Source: a virus
Strand: one strand, 5' to 3'
Length of the DNA: 64,000 nucleotides
Virus record (IMG/VR): IMGVR_UViG_3300043632_000006
Span: 1 to 64,000 of that record
In this document: one piece after another, positions 16,124 through 24,759 of the stretch
Layout: each line of letters starts with the position of its first letter
How positions within the stretch are numbered: the first letter of the stretch is position 1
Notes under the pieces: generated by a model
Told to the model about the DNA's origin: nothing
The model's input: only the letters and a program-made list of their open reading frames with translations
Database searches by the model: none
Program-made: the position numbers and the translations under genes

Positions 16124-18354
16124 CAACGAAGACCCGGCGTCCCCCGAAGGCTGGCGAAGGTAGGAGCCTGGTTGACCTTGACGCCCTCGCCAAGACGCTG
16201 ACGGCTGCCACGCCTCCGCCCGAAGCACCGCCAGAGCCAGCCCCAACTGACGCTCCCGCCGATCCGATGCCTACCTCGGGTATGGTCTGCCTGCTGCTGG
16301 ACGACGACACGGCTACGGCGCTACAGACTGCCTTCCCGCCACCGGAGGGAGCGTCGATACCCGTGCCGCCACACATCACCTTGGCATTTCTCGGGCCGGT
16401 CGATGCGCTGGACCGCCCGACCGTGGAAGCCGCCATCAACGCCGCCCTCAGCGCGGCCGACACGGAAGAGGACACGGAAGAAGGCGGCGAGGGTTCACCG
16501 GGCGACACCGACACCGTTACGGGTGTGTTCGGCGGCTGGGGACGCTTCGCTGCCGAGTCGGACGACAACGGGAACGAGGGAGGCAACCTGACGCCCATCG
16601 TGGCCCTGTTCGACTCCCCCGACCTTGACGAGATCCAGGCAGCACTTGAGGACGCCCTGGAAGATGCCGGGATGCCCGAGCCCACCCACGGCTTCACAGC
16701 CCACTCCACGCTCTGCCGGGTGGCGCTGGGGGATACCGACACCATTGCGTTCCCGGCTCCCCCGATGCTTGAGGCGACCTTCTCGGAGGTGGCGCTCGTC
16801 TGGGGCGACTACACGGATCCTGCCAATATCACGATGTTCCCCATCGCCGGAGCAGAGGCTCCTGCGCCCGAGGCCGTGCCCGCTGAGCCAGCGCCGGCGA
16901 TGGGACTGGCTACCGACGTCCCGCCCGACGCGCCGAGCGCCGAGCCGATGCCCGAGGATGAGGAGCGCACCATTCCCGTTCCGGGCCCGCTGGGCATGTT
17001 CGAGGCGTGCCTCGTCACGGAGGGCGTCCCGACCGACGAGGTGTTTCCTATCGGTGACCAGACCGAGGTGCGAGGGCGCTTCATCCCAGACGGGGTGGCG
17101 AAGTGGCGTACCCCTCCCCTTCCCGGCGGCTTCGCTATGGACGCGATGGGCAACCCCGCCGACAACGGGCACGACAAGGCTCCCATCGCCTGCTCCGCTC
17201 TCGAGATCGTCCGGGAGGGCAGCAGGATCATGGCCCGCGGCCCCTATCTGGACAATGTCGCCGGCGCCGCGCTCAAGGCAGCCGTGGACGGCGGGGCACC
17301 GATCGGGCCCTCCATCGCCTTCGTGGGCGACGTCTGGGATATCACCGTGGATGCTGAGGGCAAGGCGCAGCAGACGCTCTTGGAGGGCACCATCGACGGC
17401 TTCGTAGTTCTGCCCTACGAGGCGATGCATTCCACGGAGGACGGAGAGTGGCTGACGTGGTTCCGCTCCGCCCCCGACACCGCCCTGACACCGCCGGAGG
17501 CCATGCCCGAAGAGATGCCCGCGCTGGTGCCTGTCGCTGCCTCAGCGGTCGTCGCCTGCGGAGCCGGATCGTTCGGCGCCCCGCTGTACCCGCCTCGCTC
17601 GTGGCTCGAGAAGCCGCCTCCGGGCGACGGCGAGATCGTCCCGTTCACGGTCACCGACGAGGGTCAGGTCTTTGGACACGCCTCGGGCGGGACGTGCCAC
17701 ATCGGCATCCCGGGGACCTGCCTACGGGTGTCAAACGACATGCTCGACCGAGACTTCCGGGTATTCCACAAGGGGCTCGACGGCAAGGGGCAGGGGATCA
17801 AGACGGCCGAGGGCGACTTCGTCAAGGTCGGCCAGATCACCCTTGCTGGAGGCCACGCCGACACGGCTCTCGGAGCGGCAGCGGCCCGCAAGCACTACGA
17901 CGACACGGATTCGGTGATCGGCAACGTCCACATCGAATGGGACCCCAAGGCCGACGATGGTGCTGGTGCGCCGTGGATGGCGGGGGCGATCCAGCACACG
18001 GCGACCGAGGGCCAGGTACAGCAGATGCGGGCGGCCGGGGAAGTCTCGGTGGACTACCGGCAGCTGGAGGACGGCAGGCTGCACCTCATCGCCCTGCCCG
18101 TCGTCCCCCGTGGTGGCTTCCCCCCACTGCGCGCCCTGTCGGCCGGCGGCGAGCTCAAGACTCTGATCCTGACCGCGGCTGGGGAGGCCGAGACGCCGGA
18201 GGCTCCGAGCGACGCCTCGACGCCGAGTGCCGCGGACGGTCTCATCCTGGAGATCGGGAGGGATCTCTATCTCCGCAAGTTCGGGGAGGAAGCAGCGTTG
18301 CTGGCCTCAGCGCATCAGGCAGAGAAGGAGCGGCTAGCGACGCTGGTGCGGTAG
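16120..18354 (+). CDS. LigT-like 2H phosphoesterase domain fused to capsid maturation protease
   Basis: 744 aa from ATG 16120 (ATGA overlap); two HxT motifs PHITLAFLG and FTAHSTLCRV within aa ~55-245. The rest (..GHADTALGAAAARKHYDDT..SVDYRQ..) resembles actinophage prohead proteases and sits between portal and capsid genes. Confidence 0.65.
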   Translation: MTTKTRRPPKAGEGRSLVDLDALAKTLTAATPPPEAPPEPAPTDAPADPMPTSGMVCLLLDDDTATALQTAFPPPEGASIPVPPHITLAFLGPVDALDRPTVEAAINAALSAADTEEDTEEGGEGSPGDTDTVTGVFGGWGRFAAESDDNGNEGGNLTPIVALFDSPDLDEIQAALEDALEDAGMPEPTHGFTAHSTLCRVALGDTDTIAFPAPPMLEATFSEVALVWGDYTDPANITMFPIAGAEAPAPEAVPAEPAPAMGLATDVPPDAPSAEPMPEDEERTIPVPGPLGMFEACLVTEGVPTDEVFPIGDQTEVRGRFIPDGVAKWRTPPLPGGFAMDAMGNPADNGHDKAPIACSALEIVREGSRIMARGPYLDNVAGAALKAAVDGGAPIGPSIAFVGDVWDITVDAEGKAQQTLLEGTIDGFVVLPYEAMHSTEDGEWLTWFRSAPDTALTPPEAMPEEMPALVPVAASAVVACGAGSFGAPLYPPRSWLEKPPPGDGEIVPFTVTDEGQVFGHASGGTCHIGIPGTCLRVSNDMLDRDFRVFHKGLDGKGQGIKTAEGDFVKVGQITLAGGHADTALGAAAARKHYDDTDSVIGNVHIEWDPKADDGAGAPWMAGAIQHTATEGQVQQMRAAGEVSVDYRQLEDGRLHLIALPVVPRGGFPPLRALSAGGELKTLILTAAGEAETPEAPSDASTPSAADGLILEIGRDLYLRKFGEEAALLASAHQAEKERLATLVR

Positions 18355-18756
18355 AGGAAGAGCGACCACAGTCACCGGGCCGTAGTTGCCCGCGATCTTG
18401 GTCCACGATTCGGGATCGTCTTTGCCGTCCAACCGCCCCCAACTGAGTTCCCATCGCCGCCAGAGGTTCCCCATGCAGGACACGACGCTCCCGATGGGGG
18501 GCTGCGGATCTTGGGCCGTGAGGGTACGGCCGACGAGTTCCATACCGGGGCTAATCGCGGCAACCGACCTGTCGGGCACATCGCTGACTGCTCCGTGGAC
18601 GGCGTTCCAGTGGTCGATGCCCGCCTGCTTGGCCGCGGCCATTTGATCCACGTTCCACTCGGACTCTTGCGACCAATCGCATCCTGGTTCTTGGCAGTAG
18701 TACGTAGGGGAGTCGTAGTAGTCGATGGCATCCTCAGCGCGTGCGAACTTAGTCAC
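18334..18756 (-). CDS. Island gene 7, hypothetical (140 aa)
   Basis: GTG start overlapping upstream stop by 8 nt; converges on and overlaps the protease gene end by 21 nt. Confidence 0.6.
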   Translation of the reverse strand: MTKFARAEDAIDYYDSPTYYCQEPGCDWSQESEWNVDQMAAAKQAGIDHWNAVHGAVSDVPDRSVAAISPGMELVGRTLTAQDPQPPIGSVVSCMGNLWRRWELSWGRLDGKDDPESWTKIAGNYGPVTVVALPLPHQRR

Positions 18757-18928
18757 CGACGGGACCTTCTACCCAACACCCACGCTCTGGATCCGGATCA
18801 GGAATGTGGTAGAGGTTCGGATGGACGGGCTCCCCGCAATATTCGCAAACATACTTAGCGCGCTTACCATCAGGGAAGACGAAGTCCGGAGGGTCCTCGG
18901 TTCTATCTTCCTCCACGGGTTCGCTCAT
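18749..18928 (-). CDS. Island gene 6, 59-aa protein with CxxC
   Basis: MSEPVEEDRTEDPPDFVFPDGKRAKYVCEYCGEPVHP...; ATGA overlap with upstream gene. Confidence 0.45.
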   Translation of the reverse strand: MSEPVEEDRTEDPPDFVFPDGKRAKYVCEYCGEPVHPNLYHIPDPDPERGCWVEGPVGD

Positions 18929-19170
18929 GGCCGCGCCTTCACGGACAGGGGCTCAAAGGTCAGAGTCCACATACCGTCATCGTGCTTCTGCCAAGTGCCG
19001 CCCTTCATCAGGTGCCCGCACGGTTCCAACTCTAGATAGTCGAATCTAGGGAGGGCGACCAAGATTTTCATCGGGTGCGGCTCGAATCTGGAACGGCTTG
19101 GTACCACTCGCTTCACTTCCGAATGGCAGGAGGGACAGGTAGTACCGAGAGGTGGCCTGAATGGGTTCAT
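18925..19170 (-). CDS. Island gene 5, 81-aa zinc-ribbon-like protein
   Basis: MNPFRPPLGTTCPSCHSEV...EPCGH; C-terminal part of track ORF 18925-19812; ATGA overlap with upstream stop. Confidence 0.5.
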   Translation of the reverse strand: MNPFRPPLGTTCPSCHSEVKRVVPSRSRFEPHPMKILVALPRFDYLELEPCGHLMKGGTWQKHDDGMWTLTFEPLSVKARP

Positions 19171-19553
19171 GGCCGTGCCTTCACTGCCGCACACACGTCC
19201 GCAAGATGCCCCCATGCCGACGTCACACGCTGCATCTGATCCGGTGTGGCTCCCAGGGGCGGGGAGACTGCCGCTGCCGCTCCGTAGGCGTCCCGAACGT
19301 AGGGCGAGGCGGAGTTGAAGGCTACCGCCCCCACCGCGGGATCCTGCCAGTCCCCTGACGCCCCGAGAGGCCCCCGGGACACATGGGCGCAGACCTCGCG
19401 GTCCGCTTCGGCGCTGCTGAGCGAGGACGATGCGTTGTTTGCCGGTGGGTGCGCTCTGCCCCACAACGCTCCTAAGCCGAGCCCGAGAACGAGGGTGGCG
19501 ACGGGAACCAGGATGGTGACGAGAAAGCGGGAGCGGGTCACCATTGCCTCCAC
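19167..19553 (-). CDS. Island gene 4, secreted or membrane-anchored protein
   Basis: 128 aa; N-terminal RSRFLVTILVPVATLVLGLGLGALWG signal/anchor. Confidence 0.6.
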   Translation of the reverse strand: MEAMVTRSRFLVTILVPVATLVLGLGLGALWGRAHPPANNASSSLSSAEADREVCAHVSRGPLGASGDWQDPAVGAVAFNSASPYVRDAYGAAAAVSPPLGATPDQMQRVTSAWGHLADVCAAVKARP

Positions 19554-19870
19554 TCGGCCACGTCAGCATCGGAGACCATGACAACCCGAATCTCGGCCAC
19601 TCGTTCCCCCAGGCCGTGATCAGGTCCGTAGTCCACGATTCGTCCCCACACTTCGTATCCACCATCGCCAAGGCCCGGATGGAACCACACTCCGCCTTGC
19701 GACCAAGGAGCACCGTGAGATCCCTCCGGGATGGGCTGGCAGTCAGTCGGAAAAGGTTCGCACGCCAGGTACGTCGGATCCACAAGCCCCATCGACGCTC
19801 CATCCACACCAACCTCGCCCAGTAGCTCCCATCTCTCGGAGATGCCCTTCGCTGGTTCGGGACGGTTCAC
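19538..19870 (-). CDS. Island gene 3, DUF4241-like small protein
   Basis: 110 aa; GVDGASMGLVDP...HPGLGDGGYEVWGRIVDYG resembles the GDGxY core of DUF4241; tentative. Confidence 0.45.
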   Translation of the reverse strand: MNRPEPAKGISERWELLGEVGVDGASMGLVDPTYLACEPFPTDCQPIPEGSHGAPWSQGGVWFHPGLGDGGYEVWGRIVDYGPDHGLGERVAEIRVVMVSDADVAEWRQW

Positions 19871-20223
19871 GATGTCTCCTCGCCTGTCAGCACCTTGACG
19901 GCGTAGTCGCCATCATCGGTGATCTCCACCATCGCCTGTGACCGTGTCCGCTGCCGCTCCTCGGGTGTCAACTCCCAGCGGTAACGCAGGAGGCCAGCCT
20001 CCACCAGTCTGTCGATGTAGGCGTACCGGCTGCCGACGCTGACCGTGCCGCGCTGACCGCCGTAGGCCCACGCTGTGACATCGCCTCGTGGCACGCAACG
20101 CTCCCGGGCCATGCGGATCAGGTAGTCGGCTCCGGTGCTGCCCACCCGGACCAGCCGACCATCGGGGAGCCGGACGTCCGTGTGGGGCATGGAGAGGCCG
20201 GTGGTGTCGTGAACGGGGATCAT
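19867..20223 (-). CDS. Island gene 2, possible winged-helix protein
   Basis: 118 aa from ATG 20223 (track start 20229 GTG); YIDRLVEAGLLRYRWELTPEE. Confidence 0.55.
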   Translation of the reverse strand: MIPVHDTTGLSMPHTDVRLPDGRLVRVGSTGADYLIRMARERCVPRGDVTAWAYGGQRGTVSVGSRYAYIDRLVEAGLLRYRWELTPEERQRTRSQAMVEITDDGDYAVKVLTGEETS

Positions 20224-20393
20224 CACCACACCCCGTTTGCGTCACCGTTGTACGCGGCGTCCTGGCACTCGTCACAGGTCCCCCACCGATTCTCGACTGG
20301 GTTCCCGCAAGCGCACTTTGCCTTCGGCTTGCGATCAGCAGGAACCTTGGTGATCCCTGCAAGTACGTCTCGTGGGCTTAGTGTCTTCTTCAT
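20223..20393 (-). CDS. Island gene 1, 56-aa zinc-ribbon-like protein
   Basis: MKKTLSPRDV...KCACGNPVENRWGTCDECQ; RBS gggggaacgaa before ATG 20393. Confidence 0.5.
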   Translation of the reverse strand: MKKTLSPRDVLAGITKVPADRKPKAKCACGNPVENRWGTCDECQDAAYNGDANGVW

Positions 20394-20425
20394 TTCGTTC
20401 CCCCTTGGTTGTTTGCTGTAGCTAG

Positions 20426-20455
20426 ATTCTACGCCAGAGTTCTACGCCATGTCAA
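20426..20455 (-). promoter_or_regulatory. Near-consensus sigma70-type promoter of the reverse island
   Basis: Minus strand TTGACA (20455-20450), 18-nt spacer, TAGAAT (20431-20426); spacer carries direct repeat tggcgtagaa x2 (plus-strand ttctacgcca 20427-20436 and 20440-20449). Confidence 0.6.
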
Positions 20456-20543
20456 GTGGCTGAACCGAAAAGATTCCTTGCACCTACACGACGCTATGTG
20501 GCATGCTCTCCGCAACCAGACCAGCGTCCACGAACGGGCGTAG

Positions 20544-22481
20544 GTGGCGAGGGCGTCTGTGAGGCGTCCGGCAAGCGAAGCACCTGGGAGCCCGAATGGC
20601 CCCGGAGACCTTGTCGGCGCGCTACGAAAGGCCCTCCCCGTGCAAGTCCCCCGAGCGGCCTCCTTAGGTCGTTTCCAGTTCCCCCCCGGCACCTTCCCCC
20701 TCTGGCGACCGTTCCAGGTCGTCTTCGCCCCACCGGACGACACCGGCACCACGACACAGCCCCTCATCCCCGAAGACCTCACCGCCCTCGACGCCAAGAC
20801 GCTGGCGAAGACCGAGGCGGACCTCCTCAAGCGTGGCAACCGCCTCAAGGACCAGGCCGCATCCGGAGAGACGGTCGCCGAGCTCCGGGAAGTGGTCGAC
20901 GCGCTCGGCAAGGTCCGGACCGAAGTCACCCGCCGTGCTGACGAGTCGGCACAGCACGAGGCCGAGAAGCAGGAGCTGCTCTCCGCTCTCGAGCCCGTTG
21001 CCCCCGCAGCAGAAACCGATCCCAATGCCCCCGAAGAAGAGGAACCGCCTGCCGAACCCGAGCCGGAGAAAAAGCCGGAGGCCCCGACCGTCGAAGCCAT
21101 CGCCGCTGCCGCCGAGCCCCGGGAGCCCATCCGCACCCGTCCCCGTGCCCCCTCCGTGGCCAACATCCCCTCCAGTGCCGTGCGGCCCGAGTCCCGCCCG
21201 AACCTCGCCCCTGCCCAGCCCCAGGTGACCCTCACCGCCGGCGGCGACATCCCGGGCTTCTCGGCGGGCATGCCGATTGAGGAGCGGGACATCGGCAAGG
21301 CATTCGCTGAGAAGGCCCATGCCCTCCAGTTGAACGGACATGGGTCAGGCTCCGTCATGTCGATGCAGGTCAAGTATCCGGAGGACCGCCAGCTGTCCCC
21401 CAAGGACACAGCCGCATCCGTTGAGGAACGGGTGACCGCCGTCACGGCCTCCGCGGCCCGCACCCGCGGGCTGACCGTCAACCAGGGCACCCCGAAGGCT
21501 CTGGTGGCTGCTGGTGGGCTCTGTGCCCCCGCGGCGGTGGACTACTCGTTCATGTCGCTCGGAACCATGCGCCGGCCTGTCCGGGACGCTCTGGTTCGCT
21601 TCGGCGCCGAGCGGGGTGCGATCCGTTTCATCACCCCTGCCCACCTCTCGGATGTGGCCCCAGGCTCCTCCCTGTGGACCAATGCGACCGACGCAGCGTG
21701 GCAGCCGGGTATGCCCACCAAGCCGTTCCTCACGATCACCTGTGGTGCCGAGATTCTCGTCAAGGTTGACGCGCTCGTGCTGGCGATCGTCGTCGGCAAC
21801 TTCGACCGTATGACCTTCCCCGAGCACTTCGCCGACTGGTGGGAGAAGGCGCAAATCTACTTCGCTCGGTACGCCGACTCCCGCCTTCTGTCCCTGATCT
21901 CAGCCTCCTGCACCGCCACCACCACGGCTCAGGATCTCGGCTTCGCCCGGGATTACCTCGTCCACATCGGCACCGCAGCCGACGGCTACCGGGACCGGAA
22001 CCGCATGGAGGACGACGAGATCGTGCAGATCCTCGCCCCCCACTGGGTGAAGGGCGCCATGCGGAGAGACTTCACCAGGCAGGAACCCGGTGACGAGGCC
22101 GTGCAGCAAGCCGATGCGGAGATCGCCGGTTACTTGGCCGCCGACCACATCGAGCCGACGTGGTACCTCGACACGCCCTCGACCGGCGTCAACCAGAACT
22201 TCACCGTCCAGGGGGTCGGACCCTTGGAGGGCTATCCGGCCAAGGCGCAGACCTTCATGTTCTCCCCAGGATCCTTCCTCCACCTCGATGGCGGGGAACT
22301 CAACCTCGGGACAGAGATCCGCGACTGGACGCTTGACCGCCAAAACCAGGTTGCAGGATTCGTGGAGACACTGGAAGGGGTCGCGTTCAAGGGTATTGAG
22401 GCGCTCAGGGTTGATATCTCAGTCTGCCCGAATGGCTGGACGTCGGCGCCACAAACGCTGGCTGCCTGCGGGGGTTCCTGA
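20544..22481 (+). CDS. Major capsid protein with long N-terminal scaffold/delta-like domain
   Basis: 645 aa; coiled-coil and acidic N-terminal ~230 aa, then ..ALVAAGGLCAPAAVDY..RRPVRDALVRFGAERGAIRF.. and C-terminal ..NQVAGFVETLEGVAFKG.., which I recognise from actinophage capsid proteins; start uncertain. Confidence 0.6.
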   Translation: MARASVRRPASEAPGSPNGPGDLVGALRKALPVQVPRAASLGRFQFPPGTFPLWRPFQVVFAPPDDTGTTTQPLIPEDLTALDAKTLAKTEADLLKRGNRLKDQAASGETVAELREVVDALGKVRTEVTRRADESAQHEAEKQELLSALEPVAPAAETDPNAPEEEEPPAEPEPEKKPEAPTVEAIAAAAEPREPIRTRPRAPSVANIPSSAVRPESRPNLAPAQPQVTLTAGGDIPGFSAGMPIEERDIGKAFAEKAHALQLNGHGSGSVMSMQVKYPEDRQLSPKDTAASVEERVTAVTASAARTRGLTVNQGTPKALVAAGGLCAPAAVDYSFMSLGTMRRPVRDALVRFGAERGAIRFITPAHLSDVAPGSSLWTNATDAAWQPGMPTKPFLTITCGAEILVKVDALVLAIVVGNFDRMTFPEHFADWWEKAQIYFARYADSRLLSLISASCTATTTAQDLGFARDYLVHIGTAADGYRDRNRMEDDEIVQILAPHWVKGAMRRDFTRQEPGDEAVQQADAEIAGYLAADHIEPTWYLDTPSTGVNQNFTVQGVGPLEGYPAKAQTFMFSPGSFLHLDGGELNLGTEIRDWTLDRQNQVAGFVETLEGVAFKGIEALRVDISVCPNGWTSAPQTLAACGGS

Positions 22482-22502
22482 TAGCCGGTAGCAGTCGCCT
22501 GG

Positions 22503-22536
22503 GGCGGGGTTTCCGGTTCATTCCGGAGGCCCCGCC
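22503..22536 (+). terminator. Stem-loop terminator after capsid gene
   Basis: GGCGGGGTTTCCGG ttcatt CCGGAGGCCCCGCC, 14-bp stem (2 G-U), 6-nt loop, 21 nt after the stop; no strong T-tract. Confidence 0.55.
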
Positions 22537-22602
22537 TTGCGCTATCCGCATCACGCTTGTCCCGCTTCTCATCGACGCCGTGGCGCCTACGGCCAGCGCC
22601 GC

Positions 22603-23691
22603 ATGAGCGTCCAAGGGGTGGGCGAGACGGTCGTGCCCGACGAGAAGCCCCCCGGCCTCCCGGGCGCGGCCGGTCTCCGTGTCTCGTTCCTCGGCAACTT
22701 CCAGCCTGGTTTCGAGCCCGGGCCGACGCACCCCACGCCTTGGTCAACCGAGAGTCACCTGGCACTGTCCCTGGAGTCGCTCGGCTGCACGGTGCAGCGG
22801 CTCCAGGAGGGCGAGGTGCGGGCCGTGGACGTGGCCGAACGGGCGCGAGACTTCGGGGCCAAATTGCTGGTCTGGGTACAGACGTACGGCTTGGCGGTCA
22901 CGGGAGGCACCTCGGAGGAGCGTCACGGCTTCGTCTCGGACCTCCGCGCCTCGGGCATCCCGACCCTCTCCTACCATCTCGACAAGTGGTGGGACGTGGC
23001 CGACGGCAGGGCGGATCGCATCCCCACGGAGGCCTTCTTTCGGACGGATCTTTTCTGTACCGCCGACGAGGGCGGAGGGCGCTGGCAGGAGCTCGGCATC
23101 AACGCCGTCTGGTGCCCGCCGGCCATCTACCACGGCGAGGCGGTCACGGGCGCGCTTCGTCCCGAGTACCAGACCCCCATCGCCTTCGTCGGCTCCTGGC
23201 GGGGTCACTACCACCCGGAGTGGACGCACCGGGCCGATCTCGTCTCCCACCTCCAGCGCCGCTGGGGCCGGGAGACGGGCTTCTGGCCGAAAGGACACCA
23301 GCAGATCCGGGGCCGCGTACTCTCCGACCTCTACGCGTCGGCCAAGGTCGTCGTGGGCGATTCGTTCATGACTTCCGGAAGTCGGGCGTTCCACAGTGAC
23401 AGAATTCCGGAAACCCTTGGAAGGGGCGCATTCCTTTTGCACCCCTTCAACGAGGGGCTCGAGGATCTCTACCAGGACGGGGTTCACCTCCGCTACTGGC
23501 CGCTCGGGGACTGGGCCGAGCTCGACCGGCTCATCGCCTACTACCTCCAGCACGACGACGAACGGCGACGGATCGCCGCAGCGGGGCAGGCTCACGTCTT
23601 GGAGCATCACACCTATGCCCAGCGGCTGGAGTGGGTTGTACCGATGGCCATCGCGGCGCACACGAGGGATCGAACGGAGGTACCGGCATGA
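22603..23691 (+). CDS. CgeB-like glycosyltransferase (Glyco_trans_1_2-type C-terminus)
   Basis: 362 aa from ATG 22603; ..SDRIPETLGRGAFLLHPFNEGLEDLYQDGVHLRYW..RRRIAAAGQAHVLEHHTYAQR. Confidence 0.55.
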   Translation: MSVQGVGETVVPDEKPPGLPGAAGLRVSFLGNFQPGFEPGPTHPTPWSTESHLALSLESLGCTVQRLQEGEVRAVDVAERARDFGAKLLVWVQTYGLAVTGGTSEERHGFVSDLRASGIPTLSYHLDKWWDVADGRADRIPTEAFFRTDLFCTADEGGGRWQELGINAVWCPPAIYHGEAVTGALRPEYQTPIAFVGSWRGHYHPEWTHRADLVSHLQRRWGRETGFWPKGHQQIRGRVLSDLYASAKVVVGDSFMTSGSRAFHSDRIPETLGRGAFLLHPFNEGLEDLYQDGVHLRYWPLGDWAELDRLIAYYLQHDDERRRIAAAGQAHVLEHHTYAQRLEWVVPMAIAAHTRDRTEVPA

Positions 23692-23906
23692 TCAAGATCG
23701 CCCCGCCGATTCCAGGACTGGAGGGTTCGGTAGGACCGTTCCCAGCCCAGTATTCCGAGCTCCACGTCTACGCCCGAGACGTTCACTCTGGCGCTGGCAA
23801 CTGTGTCTGCGGCAAGAGACTCGGGGCCAAAGTACACGCCCAAGCCGCCCCCGGTGTTCCCGTCCCTGATCGGCTGCGACGAACCGGGGAGGTTCCAAGC
23901 CTATGA
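23688..23906 (+). CDS. Hypothetical protein (72 aa)
   Basis: ATGA overlaps at both ends. Confidence 0.45.
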   Translation: MIKIAPPIPGLEGSVGPFPAQYSELHVYARDVHSGAGNCVCGKRLGAKVHAQAAPGVPVPDRLRRTGEVPSL

Positions 23907-24550
23907 GCACCGCCCTTGCCTACGGTGTCGAAGCGGAGCGCGCCTACTGGGACGCTGCCGCCGCTGGCGATGGGCGAGCGGAGCTGTTCTCCGTCCCCGG
24001 CATCGAGGGCTGGGATGCGGGGGTGGAAGCCTGCCTCGACCAGATCATCCCGGCCTTGGCGCCAATCCTGTTGACAGCCAAGGCCACCATTCTCGACCTT
24101 GGGTGCGGCATCGGCCGGCTCACGCTCCCCTTGGCCCGGGCCTTCCAGGCCGTAACTTTCATCGGTCTTGACCTCTCGCCGAACATGGTCACGACGGCGC
24201 GCACCTCGGCCAAGCAACACGGTCAGCGCAACGTCCGGTTCCTGACCGGAGACGGTCGGACGCTGCCCAAGACGCTGCCACGGCTCGCCGGGGCGTTCTC
24301 CGTGCTCACCTTCCAGCACGTCCCGCTTGAGGCGCAGGAGGGCTACGTCAAGGCCCTGAGCGCCAAGCTCGAGCCGGGAGGGGCGCTCTGCCTCCAGTTC
24401 GTCATCACGGAGGTTGACCACTTCCTCTCCCACGGCGTCTCCCCCGGCACGGTGGCCGGGTGGTGCGACACCGCTGGGCTCTCCGTGACCGCCATCGACG
24501 CCGGAGTGATTGACGAGTCGTGGGCATGGCTCAGGGCGGTGAAGCCGTGA
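23903..24550 (+). CDS. Class I SAM-dependent methyltransferase
   Basis: 215 aa; motif I ATILDLGCGIGRL, FIGLDLSPNM, LEPGGALCL. Confidence 0.75.
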   Translation: MSTALAYGVEAERAYWDAAAAGDGRAELFSVPGIEGWDAGVEACLDQIIPALAPILLTAKATILDLGCGIGRLTLPLARAFQAVTFIGLDLSPNMVTTARTSAKQHGQRNVRFLTGDGRTLPKTLPRLAGAFSVLTFQHVPLEAQEGYVKALSAKLEPGGALCLQFVITEVDHFLSHGVSPGTVAGWCDTAGLSVTAIDAGVIDESWAWLRAVKP

Positions 24551-24759
24551 ACGAGTTCGTGGCCGACGCCAACTGGGAGACATCAGCAGATTGGGCTGCG
24601 CTTATGGAGGCAATGCAGGCGGGCTATCTCAAATGCGACGAGTGCGGGCGTGACCCGCTTTGCATTGCGACAACGCCGCTTGGCCTCAAAGCACTGTGTA
24701 GCGAGCATGTCAGCCGGTCCTCGCACGTTCGGAAGGTTTCCGGGGAAGGGCTCACATGA
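24547..24759 (+). CDS. Hypothetical protein (70 aa) with CxxC
   Basis: GTGA overlap; KCDECGRDPLC. Confidence 0.45.
   Translation: MNEFVADANWETSADWAALMEAMQAGYLKCDECGRDPLCIATTPLGLKALCSEHVSRSSHVRKVSGEGLT

Noticed and set aside
18925-19812. 295-aa minus ORF spanning three island genes
   Set aside because: Only the C-terminal 81 aa (from ATG 19170, in an ATGA overlap with the upstream gene) look like protein. The remainder is Arg-rich and overlaps two better ORFs in other frames.
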